A stretch of DNA of 62,732 nucleotides, filler included, from Aduncisulcus paluster (Eukaryota), in the NCBI GenBank assembly GCA_024181965.1. It is 5 parts of 5 records of this genome, joined end to end, with 100 filler letters (N's around TTAATTAATTAA, not from the genome) between each part and the next. Parts side by side here need not be neighbours in the genome. Positions count along the whole stretch, not along the records: positions 14,208 to 34,148 come from BQXS01012591.1; 4 more parts are not named here. One strand, written 5' to 3'. Below the pieces are notes generated by a model. That model worked only from the letters and a program-made list of their open reading frames with translations. It searched no databases and was not told the origin of the DNA. Made by a program: the position numbers and the translations under genes. Below are positions 21,960 through 34,248 of the stretch, in pieces. The stretch's first letter is position 1; each line of letters opens with the position of its first letter.

Positions 21960-24900
21960 CTAATTGACATAATCTATGAGAATCTCGGACTCTGAATCCT
22001 CAGATTCCGAATCATCCTCAATAAACCATTTTTCTTCATTTAATTTTCTTAAATATTCTCCCCGTTTCTTCAAAAAGATGTGTTCATGGTCGATAATCCA
22101 ATAGATAACTCCTGTACAGACAGCAAAAATGAGGATAATGCCGAGAGCAAATGCTAAAACCCCTCCAAAATTAAGATCGTTTTCATTTTTTGTCCAGTCA
22201 GCCCCCTCAATTTCTGCTGAAATACTATCTTTGATGGGATCTTTCATCGTGACAGCGTAAGGAGAATGCAATAGCTCAGGTGTCAGAGCCAAATCTTTGT
22301 CAAATAGGTATGACGTTGCCATGTATGATTCTTCAATGCTAGTATCCTTGAAGAAATGAGAGATAACATCCACATTCATACTCTTCTGAACAAGACCATT
22401 GATGGAACCAGCGAATAGCTGAACATTCTGGATATACGAAAGATCGCTCACACATAATATATGAAGGTTGGAATTAGCCAACCGACTCAAGAATACCCAC
22501 CCACTGAGATGAGGCGATGACATTTTGGTGAATACAACACCTCCTTGAACGTCAGCAACATCAAGGATTGTATCGTCATATATGAAGGACTTCCAGGTGT
22601 AGCTATTGCTCTGATCTTGACTGAGAATGAGTTTGAAATATCCCATATCCACCAAAAATCCCCAGATTCCATCGGCATATTCACTGAGGTGCCGATTAAT
22701 TACCGTCTGGTGACTGAAAGAACCGTCGGAATATTCGAAGAATAGCCATGAGGCGTTCAATGGAGGTGCCATATCAACTACATATCCACGTTCATCAATG
22801 ATTACAAATAAAGCAGTCCTGTGGAAAACAAAGTCCAACATCATCTCCTTGAGTTCTTCAGATAAGGATTGAGCAATGATACTGGCAATAAAACTATTTG
22901 ATTCAGTCATGTCACAGTTGATTTGCTCATAGGAATCATCAGACGTTTCATCAGAACATTCAGGAATTGTCTGAGTGATAGGTTTAATATCTACATATCG
23001 AACAATATCGACTGAGTTATTCCGGCGTCGAGACACAATGAAACGCCAGAATAATTGGTTATCCATAGCAATAGCATTAATAATAAGTGGATTTCTATCC
23101 CCTGTACGCGATGAAACAGCCAAAATTGATGAATGTGATGCGAAAGAGGCAGGGAATCCGCCATCATTGGAAGGTAGGTAGGGATTTTCAACTTGGGGAG
23201 GGTAAAACACAGATATAGCAGCATGTTTACCATATGAAAACGGAGATTTCGATGCAAGAGAAAATGGGTGAGGAATGAAGGCAGTTCCAGTTCTAACCAC
23301 CTCAAATTCTGTAAGAGCACTCTGGATAGCAATATGGAGGGCTAGAATAACAATATTATGCCTGGAATGAGCCATTGCAAGTTTGATTTGATACTGGATC
23401 TCTTCGAAGTACCCACAGTCATCTCCAAGACAATTATGAGTGCTTGCGTCACTCAATGTACTCCTAAGATCTGTCGTATCTCCATATTGAACGGTATTCC
23501 CAAGGGTAGAAATGATGGCATTTCGTGTATCTTCACTCAATCCGGCGAACCATGAGGAATTTAAGAAAGAGAAACTAACTCCACACACGGGAGAATATTC
23601 AAAGTCAGTCTCATCCAATACGTTTGATTCTGTCGACCGATCTGCAAGTACCATTGCATTCCAACATTCCATATCATTCGATAGATAGTTAATAAATTCC
23701 TCAGTTATTGAAGAATCATCATTATCATCTTCCTCCAACATACCTGTAATATCGAGGATGGAGCCCTCCTTGCTCTGTTCAATCAATTCTAAGATTACCT
23801 CTTCAATGGGAGAAGAGTAATGCTGACACTCGTTATATACGATAGCAGCGAGAGGTTTCCTCACTTTCCAATCGTGAGAAGGTCGTAACTCTTTGCCGAC
23901 GACGAGAATGATGTTCTCAATATGAGTGAATAGAAACACAAAGGATTGAGGGAAGAAATATAACGAATGTGAATGAACACCAGGGTTAAACGGAGTGATT
24001 ACATCTTGAACGTAAATGGAATGTTCATATGTCTTGTTTTGTTTGATTTCTTCGTAAAACTCCTCCCCATACTTATCAGAAATAAAGTCATTGTCACATC
24101 GAACACTCAAATACTCGCTAACAGCATCCTCAGAACTCAGGTCGAATTCAAGCTTCTCATCAGGGTCCCAACCAATGACTCCCCTACTATTCCCAGTGTT
24201 ATCAAAGTATGCAGGGACAGCACAGTACAGCGCTGGCGTTGAATCCCCAACTATTCGAGAGAACACAGTTGACACTGAAACGCTAGAATGTGTTGGTCCC
24301 ACAGAAAATGGCTCATTTATGTCAAGCACCATGCACATCATCCCTTTGGCAGCATGTGTACAGAATGGAATAGATCCAAGGCCAGCAGTGGTGATGGGAA
24401 GAGGAACAACAGCAGAATCATTGAGTTCAGTACAATCATCAAGAGAGGAGAAGAGGGAAATTGGACAGTGGAAAGGGCGATTAAGAAGCTGTTTAATTGG
24501 ATACAGAGGAGGGAAATTCCGAGGAGGATTCTCAACATTGAAAACAAACCCAATCTTCTTCCCTTCGATATAGTTCGAACATTCAGACCATCCAGCAAAA
24601 AGAAATGTGATACTTGCAAAGCTTTCTTGTAAACTTTTAAGAAATTCTTCATTGCAAAACAGTTTATGATTCGGAACCACCACAAATAAATGAGTTTCAT
24701 GATGTTTTTGCTTAACCATGGTTGTTAAAGCAGAAAAGGCAAAATATGAGGCCTTATTAATATCTGTAAATAACGGTTGCAGTTCTTGGCTTCTTCTCAA
24801 AATTTCTAAAACTCCTCGGGGAGTCATCCTCATCTCTTCCTGATCATACGATACAAGATCTCCACTATCAAGTAGAGTCAGGATAATAGATTCAAAGAGA

Positions 24901-26331
24901 CGAATGTTCTTCAGGGCATATTCAGTCGTATTTATAGATAATGAGTGGAAAATCTCAACACGGATGTTATCAAGAGTTCCATCGCTATTCCCACCCCCAT
25001 CACGGAACAATGGAAGAATCGGTGTGACATGCGGAATAATACGATTATCAGACCGAACCTCGGTTGAACTACCCGAAGGAGTAAACAAAATCGGTGCGAT
25101 ATTCTCATTATAAGCAATTACAAAAGAGTGTTTATAAATGTTATATTGGAATAGATCTTCGACCATATCTGTATAATTATCAATAATATCTTCAGAAACC
25201 CAGTCAAAATCCTTAGAATCTTCGTTAATCTCAATTGGATTCTCGCGTGAAGGTGAAGAATACTCATCATAAAAGAGGGTTCGAAGCCGAAGAGGACCGA
25301 TGCTTTTCGGAAGGTTCTCAAGAATAGAGGAAAGGGATGGGAATGGTGATGAAAACTCACTTGATTCTTCTTCACTATCTTGAGAAGCACTTGAATGAAA
25401 GGAAGATATAACATGACACTCTTTCTGTGCATCATGAGTAACCTCAAACCGTGGCTCTTCACAATAACCTTCATTCGAACGGACTTTATACCTTAGAGTT
25501 TTTGAAGCGGATGCCGTGGATTTTGTATCCACAAAAACACGAACATCTTCATAGAGTTCATCCACATGAACTTGTTCATATCCACCTTCAGAGGATTCTA
25601 CATACCCATACTGGCCAAATATCGGTATATCAGATAGCAATGTGGTCACTCGAGCAATAGTATCCTCAGTTTCTTCAATAGAAGCTGATGTATCTGTTGA
25701 GCTATCTTCAGTTTCCTCCTCAGCAACAGATGGAGATTGAACAAATTCCATCGTCTCCTGGCACTCCCGTCTATTTAAATTGAACAAGGGGAAACCGTGG
25801 TTCTTGTTCGAAGGACTCCAAAGATCGGAATCTGAAGTTGTATGGAAGACACACTCCGCTACATCTGTATTATTTCCACCAGAGGTACCGTATTCAGCGA
25901 GGCGCGCTACATATTCATCAACTGCTTCTAAAAATTTGGATTTATATGATCGAAGACTATTCGAATATGACTTGATAGAATCCACAGCCAATTTATCTGC
26001 ATTTTCTGAAATTGGACTCATCATGTAGTCAATTATATCCAGTTTTGTATTTAACATATTATAAATATATGCAAATGGAACATCTAGATCAGGTTTCAGA
26101 TCAACAATTCTTGGAACTGTGTCCAAGGCAAATCTAAGAATAAAATGATAAGAAAAGGATAAAAAATAAGGCAAGAAAAATAAATATATTAAAAATATAT
26201 CGTGAAATAATCATAATATGAATAAACAAAAAAGATAGAGAGGAAAATACATACGATTGAAATATAATGTTAATACATATGAGAAGGGCAAAAGTAGAAC
26301 TAATAGTCAATTTATAGATATAATGCTGCAT
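21960..26331 (-). CDS. Second large alpha2delta/Cache-like type I membrane protein; intron 26134-26254
   Basis: Splicing GTATGT..TAG (phase 2) joins MQHYIYKLTISSTFALLICINIIFQS to FALDTVPR, creating a signal peptide. C-terminal TM; LFVIIDERGYVV and ILTLLDSGDLVS resemble Cache/VWA segments and parallel the architecture of 1775-6337. Confidence 0.55.
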
Positions 26332-26432
26332 ATATGATCCATAAATAATTTGGAATTATACCAAAATCGTTGATTTTTGCGTAAGTAAGTCAAAACACAA
26401 TAATAATATAAGTTGAATCATAAATTTCATTT

Positions 26433-27501
26433 TTATTCAGTGGAAATAATTTGAGTTGGTAATTTAATGATTACTTCACATTTGAAGTCATACGTCATGA
26501 AGTTTCGAATATAAACACAATCTTCCGCGATAAATGTAATTCGAGAAAGGACAATTCCAAAACTTTTGTTAGTAGAGAGCCTATCTGAGAATATAATAGC
26601 CCTTGCGAATGCGTTTAAGTTCACTCTTACCTCTCTTTTCTGACCTCCACTTAATCCTCCCTTCCTGACCGAAATAGTGCCACACCTCGGATATCTTACA
26701 CTTGCGACACAATCTGCACACTCCCCTTTTAGCTCAACCTCACACATCAATTTGCCTACAGAACTTGTGGAACTCGACACAGCGGCAGCAGCAGTCATTC
26801 CGCTAAAATCAGCAGGATGACCATCACGAGCCACTTCTGTACCGGGATTAGTCGGCGATGGGCCGGCTGGTTGCGAATCCTCCTCAATTTCCCTAAAAAA
26901 GAATGTTTTAATTGAGACTGAAGGTATTGACAATAAACGCATCCTACTCAGAGCAACACTACTCTTTGATGGAAGAACAAACCCAGAAGATGAAGAAGAA
27001 AGTAAGAATTTAAATTGAGTGACATCTTGGCTTGTTAATACATTACATTCAAGTCGATCACGAAAAGTACAATTGTCAGTACTACAACGCAGAATTTCAA
27101 AAACTACTCTTCCTTCTATAACTTTTAAATTAAATTGAATCTCATCATGGGGTTTAGAATGCTTTAATTTGGAAATAATATCTAATCCATTAATTCGAAC
27201 TCCAACCCTATTTTGTGCCTTTGATTGAATAATTATAGGAGATTTAAAAATGCAATTCTACATCATCAATTGAGGTAAATAAATATGAAGTCATCGAAAC
27301 CATAAGAAAGAAAAACTTGGGACATACACTATGACAAACACCATAACAAGAAAACCCATATTTATCGGCCACACTAGTTCTTGCTTTAATTTGATCCTGT
27401 GAAAATAATATTTCAACTTCAGGAGCAAATATTGTGACAATTGAAAGTATCTTCACGAATAAATCAGTTCCTGAATTTTTTAACTGTAATGAAAGCCTCA
27501 T
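26433..27501 (-). CDS. Hus1/Mec3-like (9-1-1 checkpoint clamp, PCNA fold) protein; intron 27258-27327
   Basis: A phase-0 GTATGT..TAG intron fuses two ORFs into 332 aa. MRLSLQL..LFVKILSIV..EVEILFSQDQI, IQSKAQNRVGVRING..ISKLK and C-terminal EVRVNLNAFARAI...IIKLP follow the Hus1 pattern. Confidence 0.5.
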
Positions 27502-27766
27502 AATGCATTAAAATTAAAGATTATATTTAATATATCGTACTTTTGAGAACAAAAACAAACTATTAAACGGCGAAAATCATGATCTTGTCTGGAAGAAGAT
27601 AATCAGCTATTGTTGTTCGTGATCGTACATCATATTACAATTTCAAGGTATCTAAAATGTTAATTCTTTTTATTATTTGTAACAAAAACTCAAACAAAAA
27701 GCTGATGTTTAATTTTCTCATAAGCAATTAACAAAACGATCAAATAAGATTTAATAGTCTATTTTG

Positions 27767-28663
27767 TTAGATCCCTTCTTCCATTGGTCCTCCAACATCT
27801 GTCAAATGCATAATACGAGTTACAACGCTTCGACAAACGGGACATTTCATGTTTCCACGTTTTCTAAACTCTTCCATGCATTCGGCACAAACACATTTGT
27901 GACGACAAGGAATAAACGCACAGTCCGGAACGTTTGTCATACAAATAACACACTCAGAAATGCTTCCATCTACACCAAACATTTCTTCCATCTCATATGC
28001 TTTATCCGTCACTTTCAATTTCCGTTTGGAAATTAAAGGCATTTGTCTGTCAATATTAATGAAAAGAGTCAGAGATTGGAATCCAACACTAGGTTTTGTG
28101 GCATCTTCGATTTGAATTGCCATTGGAGCATCAGCATCTGTACAATAGGGTGCAAGTGTCTCAAATAATAGTGTGCTATCAAATGAATCTGTCTGTTGAA
28201 AAAGTCGATGTTGACTAGCCTTTGCAGCATCACCAGGAGAGGGTGAAGTTGGAGGGAGATCATAGGGACCAGAATGAGCCATAGCAGCAGCTCTACCTGC
28301 TATTTTCTTATATCCAACTAATATCATTATCTTTAGAGGGACACAACTTCCATATTTAAAGCTAACACGAACACCATCGGTACAGTGTGTAAAGATCAAC
28401 GATTTATCGGCAATAACAACGGGAACTCTAAGAGCTGCAATCTCTGCCTTATCTACTTGAATACGTTCGGAAATTCTTTCACCTGTCCATACAGACCCGG
28501 GGTCATATCCTTGTTCTGCTAATAAACTTATCCTAACATCAGGATCAACAATCATAGAAGGGTTAGTGTGAATTGGATGTCCCCCCGAAGCAAGTCTATT
28601 TTGAAGATAACTTGGTGTTTGAAATGTTTCAGCCTGCCCAAGGGATGAAGAACCGTTACCCAT
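27767..28663 (-). CDS. RING E3 ligase, MGRN1/RNF157/LOG2-like
   Basis: MGNGSS myristoylation-type start; YEMEEMFG followed by ECVICM..PCRHKCVCAEC..CPVCR. Confidence 0.85.
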   Translation of the reverse strand: MGNGSSSLGQAETFQTPSYLQNRLASGGHPIHTNPSMIVDPDVRISLLAEQGYDPGSVWTGERISERIQVDKAEIAALRVPVVIADKSLIFTHCTDGVRVSFKYGSCVPLKIMILVGYKKIAGRAAAMAHSGPYDLPPTSPSPGDAAKASQHRLFQQTDSFDSTLLFETLAPYCTDADAPMAIQIEDATKPSVGFQSLTLFINIDRQMPLISKRKLKVTDKAYEMEEMFGVDGSISECVICMTNVPDCAFIPCRHKCVCAECMEEFRKRGNMKCPVCRSVVTRIMHLTDVGGPMEEGI

Positions 28664-28941
28664 TTATATTATATTATGAAATTATTAGAAATATATTGAT
28701 GTAAATAAATATTTTGACTGATAAAAGCCAAGTAATTGGTGTATATCGTCAGGAAATCGCACGAGAAATTCGTTTTGGTGTGAAGAAATGTTCAACCGCC
28801 CAATTTATAGTATAAATAAAAAATAACCAAAAATGACAGGAATATTGATAAAAATTCGCCTTTTTATTGATTTAGATTAACAGATTATTAGATGCGAAGG
28901 GTGAAGCTTAATTGGGCAATCGCACCAAATTGGCAAAAAAT

Positions 28942-29574
28942 TCATTTCAAACTTTGGAAAACTTCACGCTGACGAGAAGTTCCTTCATCTCTGTTCTCAG
29001 ATACACCTCCAATTTCCTTGATACGACCCCATTTCCCCTTTTTGTCAGCGGGTTTCATACGATCATAAAAAGCCTTTTCTTCGCGAACGATTGTGGCTTT
29101 CCTCTCCTCAATTAACTTTATAAGAGCCTCTTTTCTTTCTTTTCTAAATTCATTGGCGCCTTCTTCGATTTCTTGTGCCTTGGCAGCAGCAATTTCATCC
29201 CTTTCAGCAATCGCAGATTTATACCGAGTATCAAGCTCACTGAGAAAAAATCATGAAAAATAAGATAGGAGAGAATGAAAACATTTTTTAAAACATATGA
29301 TATTAAGGATAAAAGTTAAAAAACATCCAATATAATAAGTTGATTGAAAATTATTGATTGAAATAAAAATGGGGTGGTAATTGACATACATGGCAACCAT
29401 TGAAGCTGATTTATCTGATCTTATTGAATCGGATGATCCTGGAACTTGTTTAGACCCAGCGTCACTTTCTCCGAGCATATCAGCTAAAGGATCTGACAAT
29501 TCCGAAGAATTTCTAGGATGCTGAGATTCCTCTTTGGGAGTATCAACTTTAAAAGCGTCATCGAAGTCGTCCAT
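28942..29574 (-). CDS. Clathrin light chain-like protein (160 aa); intron 29240-29389
   Basis: Phase-2 GTATGT..CAG intron. Acidic N-terminus, helical IAERDE..AKAQEIEEGANEF, and C-terminal KWGRIKEI..EGTSRQREVFQSLK* matching CLC W.RV..L...D.SRMR.VL..LK. Confidence 0.72.
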
Positions 29575-29762
29575 TTCACAGTGTTGTCCAAAACAAGAAC
29601 AGATTGAAAATGACGACCAGAAGGAACTGCACCAATATAGCCAATGGAAAATATCATAGATATATGCTGATGAAATTGAAATTAACAAATTCTACATTAT
29701 TCAATTATACTATAATAGTATTATTGATTTCCATATTGTGAGTTTTCCTTGCAAACTACCCA

Positions 29763-32700
29763 ATGAAGAAGAAAATGTATGTATTCAATTTATTATAATG
29801 ACTTATTATTTTTGATATTACACATTCTTATTCCCATTTTTGAAGCGATGCTATCCAGTTTGCATTATTCAATCAGTTCGATGTAATTAAAGCTAGTTCA
29901 AGTGAAGTAGTATCTTCAGGACTATATTTACCTGGAATAGCTAAACCTGTTCCCGGTTCTGTATTGGATAGGCATCTAGGTGTCTGTGATAAAAATGAAA
30001 AATGTGTAACATGTGGAGAAAATGTTTTGGATTGTCCAGGACATTTTGGACATGTAACACTTCCTTTACCCGTTTTTCATGTTGGATACTTCCGTCATAT
30101 CATTGCTATTTTGAATCAAGTTTGTAAGACATGTTCTCGGATATTATTGCGAGGCGAGACAGCCAGAAAATGGCGTAAAATAATGTTAAGATCATCTGGA
30201 ACAACGAGAAATGCATATATTCGAACCCTCACAAATGAATTAAAGAAAGTAGCGAAATGTCCACACTGCGGAGCCATTTCTGGCCTTTGCACAAAATTAA
30301 AAGGGACATACAAAATTATTCACGATTTAAAACTTCCTCAAGGAAAACGTACCGAGTTTTCAAACCATGAACTCCATCCCCTTGATGTGGAAACGATATT
30401 CAAAAAAATTGCTGAAGATGATCTCCCTCTTCTTGCCATGGATCCTGCTGTTGGTCGTCCTGAGAATTTACTCCTCCGTTCGATTCCCGTGCCTCCTCTT
30501 TGTATTCGACCCTCTGTCCAGACCGATTGGGCCGGTTCCAATGAGGATGATCTGACCGTCAAAGTTGCCGAAATGGTGCTTCATTCTGAGAATATTCGCA
30601 AAGGTCTAGCGAAAGGTGAGAGTATAAAAGCTATCATGGGCAATTGGAACATGTTACAGGGTGCTATAGCTGGTTATATCACTGGAGATGTCCCTGCTGC
30701 TTTGAGTGGAACTCGGGGCAGAAGTAAGCCTATTAGAGGTTTTTATCAGAGGTTAAAGGGTAAACATGGTCGTTTCAGGTGGAATTTGTGTGGTAAGCGT
30801 GTGAACTTTAGTGGACGTACCGTTATCTCACCTGATCCCAACCTTCCTGTTGATCACGTTGTCATCCCTGAGGATTGTGCCAAAGTTCTCACATTCCCAG
30901 AGGTAGTTACCCACGAGAACAAGGCAGAACTCCAAGAGTTGGTAAGGGCTGGGTCTGACACTTATCCTGGTGCCAACACCGTGATTCTCAAGAATGGAGA
31001 AAAACTCTCCTTGTTCAAGCAATTTAGGAGGAAAAGCCTTGCAGATCGTCTTCGATGTGGTGATATTGTTGAGCGACACTTGAATGGAAAAGATGTAGTC
31101 CTGTTTAATCGTCAGCCTTCCCTCCACAAACTCTCAATCATGTGCCACCGTGTTAAAGTGATGAAATGGAAGACATTCAGATTCAATGTCAGTGTGTGTA
31201 AACCATATAATGCCGACTTCGATGGTGATGAAATGAATATCCATGTCCCACAGACTCAGGAAGCAAGAAGCGAGGCCTTAATTCTGATGGGAGTTCTTAA
31301 CAATATCGTCACCCCGAAGGATGGTTCGGCTGTCGTAGCTCCAACTCAGGATTTCCTTACTGGAGCCTACCTCCTCACCCAGCGAAATGTTTTCTTTGAT
31401 CGTGAGGACTTTATGCAACACGTAGCCTATGTGTGTGACGCTGATGCTTATATTGAGCTGCCCATGCCTTGTATTGTGTATCCGAAAGAGCTGTGGAGTG
31501 GTAAGCAGGTGATTAGTACTTTGTTACAGTTATCCACACAAGAACATAATGGAATCACTCTCGAGAATGCTAGCAAGAACTATAGCAAGAAAGGAGAACA
31601 AATGTGTGTTCAAGATGGGTATGTGATAATTCGGAACGCTGAGCATCTCTGTGGAACTCTTACAAAGACCCAATTGGGAGGAAGTAAGAAAGGAATCTTC
31701 TACTATCTCCTGAGACAGCACGGTCCTCAGCTCTGTGCTGACATTATGCTTCGGTTTGCCAAGCTTACCACCAGATATTTGCAGTATCAGCGTGGAATGT
31801 CGATTGGAATTGAGGATGTGACTCCCAGTGACCAAGTTACATTGTTGAAGAAGGATCTTATTGCAAAAGGATACACCGAAGTTAATGGATTTATTGAAAA
31901 GTTCAAGTCAGGAGAGCTTGAGGCTCAACCTGGTTTCACTGTGGAAGAGACTCTTGAGGCTGTTATCAATGGTGCCCTGTCAAAGATCCGTGAGACTGCA
32001 GGTTCTATGTGTGTTGACGAACTTCCTTGGTACAATGCTCCTCTGACCATGGCTGTGTGCGGAAGTAAGGGAAGCACCATCAATATCTCTCAGATGGTTG
32101 CTTGTGTGGGTCAACAAACAATCAATGGAGGTCGTATTCCCAACGGATATGTCACTCGTTCACTCCCTCACTTCATGCATCATTCAAAGTCTCCCCAAGC
32201 TAAAGGATTCGTCGAGAACAGTTTTTACACGGGATTATCTCCAACAGAGTTTGTTTTCCACACTTGTGCAGGACGTGAAGGTCTTGTGGATACTGCCGTT
32301 AAGACCGCAGAGACAGGATATATGCAGCGTCGTTTGATCAAAGGTATGGAAGATCTCAAGGTGCAATATGATTACTCTGTCCGTAATAGCGATGGAAACA
32401 TCATGCAATTCATTTACGGAGATGATTCTCTCGACCCTTGCCACATGGAGTGTAATGATAGTCCTTGCAACTTCAAGAACGTCTTGGCTGAGAAACGAGC
32501 TGCCCTCCAAGCTGCTCCAGAAGACTGTCTGAGGAGCCATGAAGTTATGCCAATCGTTATGGAGTGTCTTGGTAAAGAATTCTATGGTCATGGTCCAAGT
32601 AAGAGAGAAACAAGATCAATGATCGCTTTCTTTGAGGAGGTATGCGATGGAATGAAAGACCTGGAAGACAAAATCAACTCTAAATTTGATATGCGCCTTG

Positions 32701-34148
32701 AAGGGGAAGAAGAAGAGAGAAGAAGAAGAGGAGGAGGATCTCCCTGAAGATATTCAGCACGAAAAGGAAGTTCTTCTTGCTCAGCTTGTTCCTATCACTC
32801 GTAAGCATGTTGAAGAAGTGAGCAGAGTCGCCCGTAGGAAGTTTGGTCAGGCCAAGGCTGAGCCTGGTACAAGTATTGGTATTGTTGCTGCTCAGAGTAT
32901 TGGAGAGCCTGCCACTCAGATGACCCTAAGAACTTTCCACTTTGCCGGAGTTGCTTCCATGTCTATCACGTTGGGTGTTCCTCGAATCAAGGAGATTATC
33001 AACGGCCTGGAGAATATTTCAACCCCCATCGTTACTGCCCCTCTTGTTCAGTATGACAGCGAACGCAGTGCAAGGATTGTCAAGGCAAGGATCGAGAAGA
33101 CGACTCTGGGCCAAGTGTGCGAGTATATGAAGGAGGTTTACTCTCCCTCGATGGTTGCTCTTGAGCTGAGATTAGATAAGGATGTGCTACAGGCATTACA
33201 GCTTGAGTTAACCTGTGAGGATGTCATCAATGCCGTCATTGGGAATCGTCGTCTGAAGCTTAAGAAGGAACATGTAAAGACGGTGAGTGATTCTGATGGG
33301 AGAATTATTGTGTACCCCCCTGCCCAGACCAAAGATGCCATGTTCTTCTCTCTCCAGCAACTCAAGGCTCTCTTACCATATGTTATTGTTGTAGGTCTCC
33401 CCACTGCTGCAAGGGCTGTCATTAACATCGAAGATGTTCCTGTTCGCAAGGACGATGGATCTCTAGGTAATGGTTCCTCCACTCGTCGTGAGCATGTTCT
33501 GGCCATTGAAGGAACAGGACTGAGAGATGTGATGGGCGTTTCAGGAGTGAGAGGAGAAGAGACTGTGAGTAACAACGTCCTCGAAGTTGCCTCTGTTCTT
33601 GGGATTGAGGCTGCCAGAGTTGTGATTATCTCCGAGATTAACAAAGTTATGCAGTCATATGGTCTCGATGTTGATTACAGACATGTTACTTTACTATCTG
33701 ATACTATGACTTCACGTGGAGTTGTTCATGGGGTGACCCGTTTTGGTCTGCAGAAGATGAAAGATAATGTTATGTTCCTTGCTTCCTTCGAACAGACAAC
33801 AGAGCATTTATTCAACGCTGCTGTGTATGGGAAAGAGGACAAAATGCATGGTGTCAGTGAGCAAATCATCATTGGAAACCCAGTCAGTATGGGGACGGGA
33901 TCATTTTCTCTCTTGCGTCAGCCCCCAACCGATAACCGAGGAGAATATATACCATTCCGGCCCAAGAGTCGCTTAGGTCATGTTCTATTCAGTCATTGGA
34001 GGGAAAAGTTCAATCCAGAAGTTATCAAGAGGAAGAAAGAAGAGTTGACAGAGGAGCGTGGAAGACAATGGAATGGAGCCATCGATTATACAATTACAAG
34101 ACTTTTCTCAAGAATCAGAAAGACGGGGAAAGGAATACGTGGGAGAGG
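29763..34148 (+). CDS. RPC1: RNA polymerase III largest subunit; intron 29777-29845; +1 frame discontinuity near 32718; 3' end runs off contig
   Basis: Spliced start MKKKIDAIQFALF; Zn motifs; LCGKRVNFSGRTVISPDPNL, NRQPSLHKLSIM, YNADFDGDEMN, TFHFAGVASMSITLGVPRIKEIIN, ASFEQTTEHLF (RPC1-type); no heptad CTD. Confidence 0.93.
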
Positions 34149-34248
34149 NNNNNNNNNNNNNNNNNNNNNNNNNNNNNNNNNNNNNNNNNNNNTTAATTAA
34201 TTAANNNNNNNNNNNNNNNNNNNNNNNNNNNNNNNNNNNNNNNNNNNN

